From positions 780,986-844,985 of the forward strand of contig JAHDYR010000015.1 in NCBI GenBank assembly GCA_019828565.1: DNA of 64,000 nt. Reading direction: 5' to 3'. Shown piece by piece: positions 22,901 through 30,939 of this stretch. A program made the translations under genes and the position numbers. The stretch comes from Carpediemonas membranifera BICM. Its lineage: Eukaryota; Protista; Fornicata. Each line of letters opens with the position of its first letter. The first letter of the stretch is position 1. The notes beneath the pieces are model-generated. The model was not told where the DNA came from. It saw only the letters and a list, made by a program, of their open reading frames with translations, and did not search any database.

Positions 22901-25018
22901 AAGGCCCTCAGCTTCGACCGGAACGTTGCTGGCCTCATCCCCACAGGCTGGGACCCCCTCCGTCTCGGGATCCCCAAGGACATCATCGACTCAGTCGACT
23001 CGTGCACCGTATACATGCTGAGCGCCCTCGCCGATGCCCTCATTGCTGCGGGGATCCGGGATCCCTATGAACTTTATGAGTACGTTCACCTTAGCCAGGT
23101 CGGCAACACGATCGGCAGTGGCATGGGCGGTCTCAACTCGTTCCACAACATGTTCTGGAACAGACGGACTGAAGTTCCAGTGCAGGCTGACATCCTGCAG
23201 GAGACGTTCATCAACACTGTCGGCGCATGGATTAACATGCTGTTGTTCTCGTCAGACGGCCCTATCATCGCCACCGTCGGCGCATGCGCCACAGCTGCTA
23301 TCTCTCTCGACGTTGCTTGCTCACTTATTCGGTCTGGCCGCGCCAAGGTTGTCGTGGCCGGCGGTGCCGAGCAGTACGTCGAGGAGGCTGCGGTCGAGTT
23401 CGCCAACATGAAGGCCACCAACGCCACCCGCCAGGACATGGCCGTCAGCGGCAGGGCAGCCAACGAGGCTTCCCGGCCCTGTACCACATCCCGTGCAGGC
23501 TTTGTCGAGTCACACGGCGCCGGTGCCCAGATCGTAATGGCGGCCGACACGGCTCTCCAGATGGGCGTCCCGATCTACGCTGTCGTTGCCTACACCCACA
23601 TCGCGTCCGATCGTCAGGGCCGTTCCATCCCTGCCCCGGGACAGGGCATCCTCAGTGGATGCGGTGAGATCGACACTGGTGTGACCCCCGCCATCCTCAA
23701 CAGGGAATTCAGAGCCACCCAGCTCAAGGCCCGGCTCGAGTCCCTTAAGGCCATTTACGAGCCCCAGATCGCCCAGTCCTCTGGCCCTCTCCAGGCTGAG
23801 CTCCAGAGGATGTGGGCAGCCGAGCGGGCTAAGGAACGCCGCCACTGGGGCAACTTAGAGGCGGCCATCACTGAGCCTGGCGTCTCCGCTATCCGGGCGG
23901 CCCTCTCTGTGTACGGCCTCACCGTGGATGACCTCACGCTCGCCTCCTTCCATGGAACTAGCACGAAGGCCAACGACTCAAACGAGAGCAAGATCATCGA
24001 CTACACGCTCAGGAAGCTCGGCCGTACTCCCGGCAACAGTCTGCCTGTTGTCTGCCAGAAGTGGCTCACCGCCCACCCTAAGGCCGCCGCGGCCGCGTGG
24101 ATGATGAACGGCGCCATCCAGGCCCTCCTGAGCGGCGTAATCCCCGGCAACCGCAACGCCGACGACATTGACGGGGCTCTCGAGCAGTTCTCCATGCTCC
24201 ACTACCCCAACGAGAGCTACCAGCTCGCTGCCGGCCATGCTAAGGCTGCCATCGTCGATTCCTTCGGCTTCGGCCAGGCTGGCGCCCAAGTCATCCTGGT
24301 CCACCCGAGTTACATCCTCTCTGCAATCCCCGACCGCAACGTGCTCGACGCCTATCGTGTCCGTCGTGCGGCCCGCGAGATTGACAGCCACCATGTCGTC
24401 GGAGAGATTCGTGCCGGCCGCCGCAGTGTCGTCGCAGTCAAGAACGAGGCCCCGTACGCCAAGGACGAGCAGATGGAGCTCTACGCCCGCCCCGACGTCC
24501 GAGCTACCTACTCGATCGATGAGCAGACATGGACATTCCCCGCTGGCACCAGCAAGGCCCCTGCTGCCAAGGAGTTCGAGCAGCACATCCTCTCATCGAC
24601 AGACTTCCGCGCCATGAAATCAAGCCCAAGCCGCGGTTTTGGCATTGATCTCGAGCCCCTGGTCGGCATCAACGTCCACTCTTCGGCATTCATCAGCCGC
24701 AACTACACTGACCGTGAGCAGGCCTATTGTTGGGCGGCCAGTGGTAGTGGTGTCCAAGAGAGGTTCACTGGCCGCTGGTGTGCCAAGGAAGCCGTCGTCA
24801 AGGCCCTCTCCCAGGCCGCCGGGCCCGATCGTAAGGTTGTTCGTGAGGCCCATGACCCACTCATTGATATTGAGATCGTCACCACTCCCAACGGCTACCC
24901 CACCGTCGAGCTGCACGGTGCCGTTAGGGAGCTCGCCGCCGAGCTGGGAGTGAAGGATGTATTCATATCCATCACACACAGTGGCGCATATGCCGGCGCC
25001 GTGGCGGCTGTCCATTAG
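13934..25018 (+). CDS. FAS: Single-chain fungal/CMN-type type I fatty acid synthase: AT-ER-DH-MPT-ACP-ACP-KR-KS-PPT, 3694 aa
   Basis: AT VFSGQ..GHSQG; FMN-dependent ER AMTPTT..GGRAGGHHS; DH DYNPIH..IVHGMW; MPT FVFTGQGS..GHSLGEY..IDVPFHS; two ACPs GGKSALQNEI; KR VTGAGKGSIG..GLYSESKLGL; KS VGACATA..SFHGTSTKAND..HPK..SFGFGQ; AcpS-type PPT GIDLE..RWCAKEAVVKAL..SITHS. Confidence 0.95.
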   Translation: MRTCIVFSGQANPTFFSELRKIYNDSQPLTKELIVRAAAELRKQCDDYTRHFGKQSEESPVFNVYEGLTLDLIAWLEDPSSIGGEAAPLLFAAPSHPLIALCQLAHFSQAVELSGETYEEFVSHIHGSTGHSQGIVTATCVSVSHTAEEFITNSLQMLIYLFWQGVFSTEDFPQYDFYTDTTRLARTPMATVFGITREVLDGILHDYNNPPSGPLAPEDTIALSLVNESQRFIVTGTYTALSKLKERIDPMFSNEFQDSLRFSQRKPRGGFIYLPISAPFHAGSTHLMTATHDRLITKVAELGIDFPAANAQFPIFSTTCGTDVAEITRRHNQTNMWPELIHMQLLQPVYWDVAMKAVLTHDFTHILDFGPGRFICRCTVHWAAGHGIHICTMVPGGDSRSPHISVGIAKGPRPRTWRSLAPTLTADNKVANHWTEVMKKPPVMVGAMTPTTVSAELVSAVTRAGYHVELACGGLSREHLMTGRIEEILSKVNPGDGVTLNMLYLNPKQWAMQFPLALELLDRSVPIDGVTIAAGVPQPKVAAEFVNQLVAKGVSHVGFKPANVRAIRDVIAVATACPKATIILQFTGGRAGGHHSGEHCHEPLLATYADIRVCSNILLVAGGGISTGADAQTWLTGAWAEPYGMQAMPVDAALISSRVMVTNEAETAECVKDAIVATPGLSHEDADNWEETYADGAKSGVLTVDSELGAPIHVVKNRGTMLWRDLDTRLFCLQGDEFLAKLAEMKEELIARLNEDYQKVYFGVRDGLPCDVDDMSYKAVCARMFQLMAPNGRFIHPDYADRTRQFLVRCIERSQAPVHGGEQAPAEIVCSWVDDLLEAPEKLDEFFCATPALTRLGNSVLRVDDVDFFLFICRTTGKPVNFIPCIDKDFKAYFKKDSLWYSECPEAIPEGDAGRVFILLGPVSAAGCTVKNEPVADVLNGIMAHVAAHTTAKVAPVPKWASLKRTLTVGSSDFDDLVSSTIGTPIHAVLDSKFIARGSERVQNPIMKALEGHGITVEVNPTYLEVEQEGNVIVTVAIEDNVAKASLPYSIPGKADRVSLDLVLNLHPDRPHAVLSQCPKEWISSVHRFYSALWNLDRVRATTAPLPKRVFSDTFNVTDASAKLFTAAVQRLSSPSAPMDYLIVGCWNSLLKGLVAPELRLNLFRLVHLSNDFNFIGKPQLITAGMKLFSEMMVTEVTRRSKGLIIRITGTVARHGQTPFAEIESAFFIRGDYSGVTEFNTRPAIAVMKAEESVPLQTGSYTVTSPCGMALRAPVENAQYSAASRDYNPIHTNSLFASIAGLPGCIVHGMWSSAAVRATLEACCCGDLAVRPLDSSPKPRDAPGRVAYYHAEFTDMVRNQDNLVIAMKHVGQHNGAAVIDITATVEQTGAVALKATAHVLPPDTAFVFTGQGSAKPGMGMDLYATSEEARNVWDEADRYLFETYGISLLRIVRENPKELTVHFGGQRGAAIRKNYMKLTSVKMVFTDGKWAEHETPLFPEITPRSRVFTYRAPKGLLYATQFTQPAIITYCKAAATDLMARQLIAKPQYFTGHSLGEYSALAIIGDIFYNDRLSELVFLRGMMMQRCFPRDESGRSAYTMVAVDPKRAGNGLTAEGIEQVCDLIEKEAHTEQYLLQVVNLNIVKRQLVLAGHLKCLETFTQYINSAADLTTEGITAHGPGAIKTIFAGIHDTVELSRTKCTVPLVGIDVPFHSRLLSGGVASFRPFLCSHVREDLDVTDFVGRYIPNLTGTPFSLDKAFFEKVYSVTSSPVIAAILADWEEKSKDVKKIGRDLLIELLTYQFASPVQWIRTQSQIFQTAGKTTVNPPCKRMIEVGPTSTLTTMAARTFVELGMPANTAELLTLATKAAPIVHDYDDPDDVEDEPEPAAQPTATAAAPAPVQMQMQAAPAPTSLVDAPLAPEYVMRCYLAKKLNKPLCDIAPTASIKDLVGGKSALQNEIVGELDVEFKSTPDGIAEQPIATVASAIKGYTKLGKHMTEQAQRICSAKLPAGFSVAKVRQTFKTLGLPPNRCDGAIARLCVMEPDSRVDAKDSTSTLKTIAEAYLADFGLSLPVAGALTAAPMMAAGPQSMPAAVPALNDTPVSPEYVMRCYLAKKLHLAVADVPGTATIKSLVGGKSALQNEIIGELDAEFKSTPDGIADLPLSDVAAAIKGYTKLGKYMSDEFSRVAGNKLPPGFGSMAKVKNAMADLGLPANRCQMALARMVHMEPDSRVESGPDFIKTVVEAYLADSGETLPVAAPGAMAGFAGPAAAIDNAALESAMERNDAFVHKLMDVCKDHLAKDAAPQAEPVEVTEDPNLVNEMGTEFANGVYPKFSEGKIRTFRSHWNWARVELEALFHDLLADRKILTDTALAQIVHHFANRHSPVLLTNARYMLKNSSTDEGKRVLTAIVAAIERAAECREGPAFIDFTAPTKPLTRITEQGVIESYEERRHDSMAGFLTEMKDVVGLYRANGGEDLSEMLFSTMEQALPGQEGLQFAGMTVLVTGAGKGSIGAAVIRNILSGGGHVIVTTSSFDAGRARYFQELYQSTASNGSVLTLVPFNQASKADVTALVDYLYAHDLDVDALVPFAAIPENGATIETIGSRSELAHRTMLTNIYRLIGEIVKSKKARSTVTRPCSVILPMSPNHGLFGNDGLYSESKLGLEVLYNRWSSEHWAEYVNVVGAVIGWTRGTGLMAPQNIVAPDLEKAGVRTFSQDEMALFLTALLSWDIADVAAADPVRADLTGGFVTAGVDIAKASKDSRARLYAEAATIKLTRPANKPEQALTPMADVEAFVVGHPDVPSDAELDRLTPPHLRGLLDFTTVPVIVGFGELGPYGGSHTRWDIEKGRTFSLEGCIELAWLMGLITHHTGSLADGSRHTGWIDAKTNEPVADNDVPRLYEREVLAHTGVRVIEPEALPSSFDPDHRVLFRQVCVEQVLPPVPVPTKEEAVHFKAEHGDKCVVSTAMLDGEETYLVQLLPGAVMYVPKALSFDRNVAGLIPTGWDPLRLGIPKDIIDSVDSCTVYMLSALADALIAAGIRDPYELYEYVHLSQVGNTIGSGMGGLNSFHNMFWNRRTEVPVQADILQETFINTVGAWINMLLFSSDGPIIATVGACATAAISLDVACSLIRSGRAKVVVAGGAEQYVEEAAVEFANMKATNATRQDMAVSGRAANEASRPCTTSRAGFVESHGAGAQIVMAADTALQMGVPIYAVVAYTHIASDRQGRSIPAPGQGILSGCGEIDTGVTPAILNREFRATQLKARLESLKAIYEPQIAQSSGPLQAELQRMWAAERAKERRHWGNLEAAITEPGVSAIRAALSVYGLTVDDLTLASFHGTSTKANDSNESKIIDYTLRKLGRTPGNSLPVVCQKWLTAHPKAAAAAWMMNGAIQALLSGVIPGNRNADDIDGALEQFSMLHYPNESYQLAAGHAKAAIVDSFGFGQAGAQVILVHPSYILSAIPDRNVLDAYRVRRAAREIDSHHVVGEIRAGRRSVVAVKNEAPYAKDEQMELYARPDVRATYSIDEQTWTFPAGTSKAPAAKEFEQHILSSTDFRAMKSSPSRGFGIDLEPLVGINVHSSAFISRNYTDREQAYCWAASGSGVQERFTGRWCAKEAVVKALSQAAGPDRKVVREAHDPLIDIEIVTTPNGYPTVELHGAVRELAAELGVKDVFISITHSGAYAGAVAAVH

Positions 25019-25495
25019 GCTAACCTATAAATTCCGTGTTATTCTGCGATAAATGAATGCTGTTTATGTTCCCATCCACATGGGCCGCCCCCCGCGTTAC
25101 TGGGTTGCATGTCTTTCGGTTTGGGACGATGCCAGCGACTATTCCAAGGCAATTGATATTACAGGCGGGGTGACTGAACATCATGGTAGCGGGCCACTAA
25201 GGGCCCGTGTTGTGGCACACTGGCGTGGCAACACCTCTGAAGCTTTCCACGGCTGAGGGCTTTGGGGTCTAATGTCTCGAGCAGCGGCTTGTTCTATTTT
25301 AGGTTAGGGCGCACGAGTCCTACAGCAACTGTACAACAAGCTTTACTTTAGGCAGCCCAGGAATGGATGAAGGGCTTATTCCGTGCTCGATGCCTGCCCC
25401 GGTGCCTTCTTGATTCATTCTGATGTGATGGAGTGTCAATTCTTGGGGCATGTCAGGTGCCCTGGCAAGACACTTTCTGCAAAGGAACACGAAAG

Positions 25496-25977
25496 ATGGC
25501 AAAGACTGTCAAGGTTGGCGATAAGGCTCCCCACTTCACTTCTAAGGACAAGGACGGCAATGACTTCGAGTACAAGGGCGAAATGGCCGTTATCTTCTTC
25601 TATCCCAAGGATGAGACCGCTGTTCGTCCCATTACAACCCTTCTCTCACATAGGTATGCACCAAGGAGGCATGTGCGTTCAGGGATTCCTACCAGGATTT
25701 CTCTGACAAGGGCGTGAAAGTCATCGGCATCTCCGGCGACAGCGAAGAGTCCCACCAGAAGTTCAGTGCGCACCACAACCTCCCGTACACCCTTCTCTCC
25801 GACACTGACAGCTCCCTCCGCAAGGCCTTCGGCGTCCCCAAGGCCATGGGTCTGCTGCCCGGCCGCGTGACGTTCGTCATTGACAAGGAGGGCATAATCA
25901 GACTTGTGTTCAGCGCCATGCTCGAATCAAACAAGCACGTCAAGAAGGCTCTCGACGTAATCGCCGAGTTCGAGTAA
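25496..25977 (+). CDS. Peroxiredoxin Q/BCP family, 149 aa (exons 25496-25621, 25654-25977)
   Basis: VGDKAP.F..FFYPKDETA|VCTKEACAFRD (CxxxxC), VIGISGDS..SHQKF, GRVTFVIDKEG. A 32-nt GT-AG intron (25622-25653) restores the frame. Confidence 0.9.
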
Positions 25978-26087
25978 TCGCTTTTACTTTTAAAGTTTCC
26001 GATTTGCCCCCCCCCTCACTTGACATGACTAAAGTCGACCTTGTAGGTAACATATCAGTTTATCCGATTCAACGGTAGTAGCGTGGC

Positions 26088-27074
26088 TTACTTCAATGCC
26101 GAGCGGATGAGGTCCTTCTGTCTGGCCGAGATGTTGCTCGGGAAGGCGACCTTGAACTCGATAATGAGGTCGCCTCGCTTGCCCGGTGTCCTGGAAATAG
26201 GCATGCCCTCTCCTGCAACACGGTGACGGTATCCTGGCTGGATTACGGTTGAGATCGGGACCGGGGTTTGTCTGCCGTCAATGGTGGGGACGGTGACCTT
26301 GCAGCCACAGAGAGCGTTGACCAGCGGCACCGTCATGGGGTACACGAGGTCGTTCTTGTCCCGCTTGAAGTTGGGGTGGGGCTTCTCGGTGATGGTCCAG
26401 ATCATGTCGGCGGGCTCGATGTTGGGTCCTTCGTCGCCCTCATTGGGGAAGGTAATCTTCGTGCCAGCCTTCCAGCCGGGCTTCACCTCTATCGTGATGA
26501 CCTTGTCCTCGTTATACAGCCCTCTACGGTCGGGTGTAAGTCGCTTGTGTGTGATCTTGAACCGCTTCGTGGTGCCATGGTAAAGCTCCTCCAGGGTGCA
26601 GGGGAGCTCCCGCATGATCGGAGGCTGCTTCTCAGGGCCACCCATGCCTCCCATGCCTCCCATGCCTCCCATGGGGCCTCCGAAGCTGAAGGTGGTTCGG
26701 CCAACCCCACCGCCACCGCCACCGAAGAGATCGCTCATGCCGCCCATTCCACCACCGCCAAACAGTGCTTCAAAGAGCTCTCTCGGGTCTTGGAATGATT
26801 GCTGGAAGGCTTGTGCGCCCTCAGGGCCACCGGGAGCGCCAGGCACTTCTCCTTTGAGACCTGCCTCGCCATATTTGTCGTATATAGTCTTCTTATTGGG
26901 ATCTGAGAGCACCTGATATGCTTCGGAAACCTTCTTGAACTTCTCTTCTGCGCCAGGAGCGCCTCCTGCCTTATCTGGATGCCATTTGCTCGCTTGCTTC
27001 CGGTACGCCTTCTTAATCTCGGACTCGGATGCGTCTTTCTCAATTCCTAGTACTTTGTAGTAGTCTTCAGGCAT
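26088..27074 (-). CDS. DnaJ/Hsp40 class B (Sis1/DNAJB-like) co-chaperone
   Basis: J-domain DYYKVLG..KWHPDK; G/F-M-rich linker; C-terminal CTLEELYHG..KPGWKAGTKITF..GEGMP; no zinc finger. Confidence 0.95.
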   Translation of the reverse strand: MPEDYYKVLGIEKDASESEIKKAYRKQASKWHPDKAGGAPGAEEKFKKVSEAYQVLSDPNKKTIYDKYGEAGLKGEVPGAPGGPEGAQAFQQSFQDPRELFEALFGGGGMGGMSDLFGGGGGGVGRTTFSFGGPMGGMGGMGGMGGPEKQPPIMRELPCTLEELYHGTTKRFKITHKRLTPDRRGLYNEDKVITIEVKPGWKAGTKITFPNEGDEGPNIEPADMIWTITEKPHPNFKRDKNDLVYPMTVPLVNALCGCKVTVPTIDGRQTPVPISTVIQPGYRHRVAGEGMPISRTPGKRGDLIIEFKVAFPSNISARQKDLIRSALK

Positions 27075-27537
27075 CTACCTCGTTGTAGCCGTTGTCACAT
27101 CGATCCAACTGGTGACATCTATCAGATGGATCAATTTGATTGATCGGGCCGTTAGACCACGAAAACTCGATCAAATGCCGACGGCGGGGCCATATACATC
27201 AATGAGTTTTATGGGAGGACCCACAACCTCATCAATGTGTCGGGGTTGCCTGCGTTGGTATTCTTGTATGATGCGCCAGCCGTCAGCATTTCGCCAGGTG
27301 CATGACCTCGGATGGTGACTGGGGTAACAGCAGGCTTTATACATGAAAGAACCAGCCACGGCAAGGAGAACAGAACAGTGCGGCGGAATTCAGACCCAAA
27401 CTAGGTCAAGATGGGGAAGCCAGTGAGTATCATGCTGTATAGTCGTCATTCCGCGTCATTTACACCGCCAAACGTCCCCCCAGGAGGCTCGACCGTGGTG
27501 CAGTTTTGCCCAACTTTTGCCAGTGGAACGGAGCCTG

Positions 27538-29706
27538 ATGGAAGCAACTGACGAGATTCAAGAGACCGTTAATGCTCAGGTGGATATGACTGAGAAGATG
27601 TGTGGTTTCATCCGCTCTACGAAGGAATGCTACAACGGACTCCAGGAGAACATCCAAAACGACCTGTACTGCCTCAACATCAACTACGAGGACCTGAAAG
27701 CCGAAGGATATGACGATATTGTCCAGTATGTCCGCAACTCCCCGATGAAGGCGCTCGAAATCATGGAGACAGCTGCTCGCATTGTTGCCAACGAGATGCA
27801 GCAGGCAACTACGGGCCTCACCATCGCCCAGCACCTGGAGATCGGTAGGCCCATCCAGGTTATCCTAAACTCGGACCCCATCCACGGGTACACCGACGAG
27901 CACGAGCAGGACGAGGCTATCCGTCTCAGCGAACTCAACGTGAGTCAGCTTCAGAAGCTAGTTGTCGTCAGAGCCATCGTGATCGCCTGCATGCCGCCCC
28001 ACTACAAGGTGACCAAGGCTGTCGCCAAGTGCCGCCGCTGTGGCCACGAGCTGACAATGGATATGGGCTGGAACACACCCACCCAGCTGCCCGCCAAATG
28101 CCAGCAGACCACCGCTCAGAACACCGGCCTTGGCCCCACCGGCACTGCCAACAACTGCGGGGCGAACCCTTACGAGCTATTGGAGGGCAAGTGCCAATAC
28201 GTCGCCGTCCAGCACCTCAAGCTGCAAGAACTCCCCGAGCACGGCAGCGAGGTCATGCCACAGACCAAGCAGGCCGTGGTAGACCGTAACATGGTCGACG
28301 CCATCCAGGTTGGCTCCCGTATCCGCGCGATGTGTACCTATACCGCTCAGGAGTACGGCAAGAAGGCCTCGGTGCAGGCCGTGAGCCAGCCGGTGCTTCG
28401 AATCTTCGGTGCTGTTGAGGATGAGCTATCGGTCCCGCGCTCCCTCTCTGCGGACAACAACTCTGACCCGTGGACTTTGCTTGACGAGGCCGGGGAGGAA
28501 CACCCCATCGAATATCTCGCAAAACACGTGATCGCCCCCGAGATTTCAGGCCATCTGAACATCAAGAAGGCCATCGCCGCCTTCCTCTTTGGTGGTACCC
28601 GTATTGAGCAGCCGAGCATCACTGTTCGAGGCGACATCCACGTCCTTCTCATGGGTGACCCCGGGACGGCGAAGTCCCAATTCCTCAAGTGGACGCAGAA
28701 GGTCGCGCCCATCTCTGTCTACTCCAGTGGAAAGGGGTCGTCGGCCGCTGGTTTGACTGCAGCTGTACGCCGTGACGGTGGAGGAGAGTGGTACCTCGAG
28801 GGAGGCGCCATGGTTCGTGGTGACGGCGGTGTGGTGTGCATCGACGAGTTCGACAAGATGGACGAGGGTGACCGTGTTGCCATCCACGAGGCCATGGAGC
28901 AGCAGACAATCTCCATCAACAAGGCCAACATCTCCGCAATGCTCAACTCTCGGTGCGGCGTGCTCGCGGCTGCCAACCCTATCTTTGGATCAATCCGGGA
29001 AGACGAGTCGATGGGCGATCAGATTGAGTTCCAGACAACGATCTTGTCTAGATTCGATATGATCTTTATGATCAGAGATACGGTCAACGAGGCCCAGGAT
29101 CGTGAAATCGGCATGAAACTTGTTGAAAAGCACTTCGGAAACCCTAACGCCGAGGAGGCAGACTCGGAGCAGATACATAAGCTCACAAGATACATCGCCG
29201 AGGCCAAGCGGATCCCCGCCCCCCTCACGGCAGATTCGGGCCGTATCCTGCAGGAGAACTGGATCCGGATGAGAGGAGAGGGCACCAGCACCAAGGTCAA
29301 GCTCACTGCCCGCCAGCTCGAGGCTATGTTCCGCATCGCCTCGGCCTGTGCTAGAATGAGGAAAAGTGACTCTATTAGCGAGGCCGACGCCAAGATCGCT
29401 GTTGACCTGTTCACCAACTCAACCATGCATGTAGCCAAGGAGGGCGGCGTCGCTATTGAGGGCATGACTGGATCTGCTGGTGCGGCCGAGGTGCAGGTCA
29501 TCCGCGAATGGATCCTCAACTCCCTCGTCAGGCAGCGGCGTAGAGCTGAGCTGGAGGCTGAGCTTATCGCCAACTTTGCCGACAAGGACATGGGCAAGAC
29601 GGAGGCTGAGAGAGTTGTTAGGTCGGTTCTTTCACTCATGATGAAGGCAGGCGAGATCACTAGCTTCAAGGCGGACGGTAACGAGATCGTCCGTAAGCGT
29701 CATTGA
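27538..29706 (+). CDS. MCM5: DNA replication licensing factor MCM5
   Basis: Zn finger CRRC..C..C; Walker A RGDIHVLLMGDPGTAKSQ; SGKGSSAAGLTA; LEGGAMV..GGVVCIDEFDKM..DRVAIHEAMEQQTISI; Arg finger LSRFD. The first in-frame ATG is at 27538. Confidence 0.85.
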   Translation: MEATDEIQETVNAQVDMTEKMCGFIRSTKECYNGLQENIQNDLYCLNINYEDLKAEGYDDIVQYVRNSPMKALEIMETAARIVANEMQQATTGLTIAQHLEIGRPIQVILNSDPIHGYTDEHEQDEAIRLSELNVSQLQKLVVVRAIVIACMPPHYKVTKAVAKCRRCGHELTMDMGWNTPTQLPAKCQQTTAQNTGLGPTGTANNCGANPYELLEGKCQYVAVQHLKLQELPEHGSEVMPQTKQAVVDRNMVDAIQVGSRIRAMCTYTAQEYGKKASVQAVSQPVLRIFGAVEDELSVPRSLSADNNSDPWTLLDEAGEEHPIEYLAKHVIAPEISGHLNIKKAIAAFLFGGTRIEQPSITVRGDIHVLLMGDPGTAKSQFLKWTQKVAPISVYSSGKGSSAAGLTAAVRRDGGGEWYLEGGAMVRGDGGVVCIDEFDKMDEGDRVAIHEAMEQQTISINKANISAMLNSRCGVLAAANPIFGSIREDESMGDQIEFQTTILSRFDMIFMIRDTVNEAQDREIGMKLVEKHFGNPNAEEADSEQIHKLTRYIAEAKRIPAPLTADSGRILQENWIRMRGEGTSTKVKLTARQLEAMFRIASACARMRKSDSISEADAKIAVDLFTNSTMHVAKEGGVAIEGMTGSAGAAEVQVIREWILNSLVRQRRRAELEAELIANFADKDMGKTEAERVVRSVLSLMMKAGEITSFKADGNEIVRKRH

Positions 29707-29763
29707 GTTGATTGGGCTGTTTGCATGAATTAAAAGGGACATTTGGGTTGGCAGGTTTTAAAT

Positions 29764-30717
29764 GGTGTGCGCGTATTTCACCAATCCAGTGATATCGTCG
29801 CGATGGGGCGGCGTGCGGCCCTCGCTACCCAGCCAGCAGACGTGCATTCCACGGGCTGCGCCGGGGATACGCCTCGAATCTCGAATCAAGATCGAATCAT
29901 GGCCGAATTCATCGCAAATGAACCCGATTTCGACTGTATTGGAGTCGTCCGACCAGCAAGTTGAGCCATACCGCGCCCAAATACCGCTATGACTGTCCCC
30001 TCATACGAAGACTACACCGAGCTCATCCACAAGCGCCAGACTGTGCGCCACTTCACCGACCGCGTTCCCACGAAGGAGGAAATCGAGAAGGTGATCACTG
30101 CGGCCCTCAAGGCGCCGTCAGCCTGCAACAAGCATGTCTACCGCCATCCACCGCTTACATAGGCAGCCCTGGGTTTGTCATCGCGCGTTCCCATCCTCAC
30201 ACAGAAGTTCCACGTCGTCCAGGACAAGGAGATGATCCAGAAGATCTCCAGCAACACTGTCGAGAAGGCCACCCAGGCCGTCATCGACCGCATCATGGCT
30301 GGTACGCCCCATCACATTCTTTACATACTCACGCAGGCCTCGGCTTCACTGAGCCCGTTGAGGAGCCCGTCTTCTACGGCGCCCCCACCGTCATCACCAT
30401 CACCTGGTCCGCCGGCATGGGCGGCTCCAAGGGCCTCGACATCGGCCTCGCCGTGATGCAGCTCGAGCTCGCCGCGACCACCCTTGGCATGGGCACGATC
30501 AACGCCGGCTTCAGCGGCATGTCCAACGACATGACCCGCGAGCTTCTCCAGCTGCCCGAGGACGAGGAGATCATCGTCAACGTCGGCATCGGCTTCCCCG
30601 AGAGGACCGAGCCTACCCAGCCGCGCTTCACCCTCGACGAGAGAGTTACCTACCACTAAATCCCACTGTATACGCGCTGATGGCTGGAGTTGTGCGGGCG
30701 AGCGCGGGGCTGCGTGA
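29764..30717 (+). repeat. Left arm of 954-bp inverted repeat (partner 31783-32736)
   Basis: Reverse complement of 31783-32736 (position x pairs with 62500-x); the ORF-track translations are identical. Confidence 0.97.
29989..30659 (+). CDS. Nitroreductase family flavoprotein, copy A, 190 aa (exons 29989-30131, 30163-30172, 30205-30301, 30337-30659)
   Basis: Spliced product MTVPSYEDYTELIHKRQTVRHFTD..EIEKVITAALKAPSACNKQPWKFHVVQD..FYGAPTVI..DIGLAVMQLELAATTLGMGT..VGIGFP carries the classic nitroreductase motifs. Three introns of 31, 32 and 35 nt give an intact frame. Confidence 0.88.
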
Positions 30718-30939
30718 GTAGCGCAGAAATCATCATATTGCTGCTAATTATGCTCATGTGTCAGGATATTTGGATTCATACACGAAAATCTCAAATATGA
30801 ACGCAGGTCAAGTGGACCAAATGGGACGGAAGGAAGCATCCTAAGCCTTGTCTTACGAGGGGCAGATGCTCAAGCTACAATTGTGCGAAAAGAAAATTGA
30901 GGAGATCTGAAGGCGAGCCGAATCTTCATAGAAGACGCT

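Noticed and set aside
29961-30659. 232-aa ORF-track translation (and its mirror 31841-32539) taken as the real protein
   Set aside because: It starts at TTG and its N-terminal half is out of frame with the nitroreductase motifs; the spliced model from ATG 29989 fits the family.
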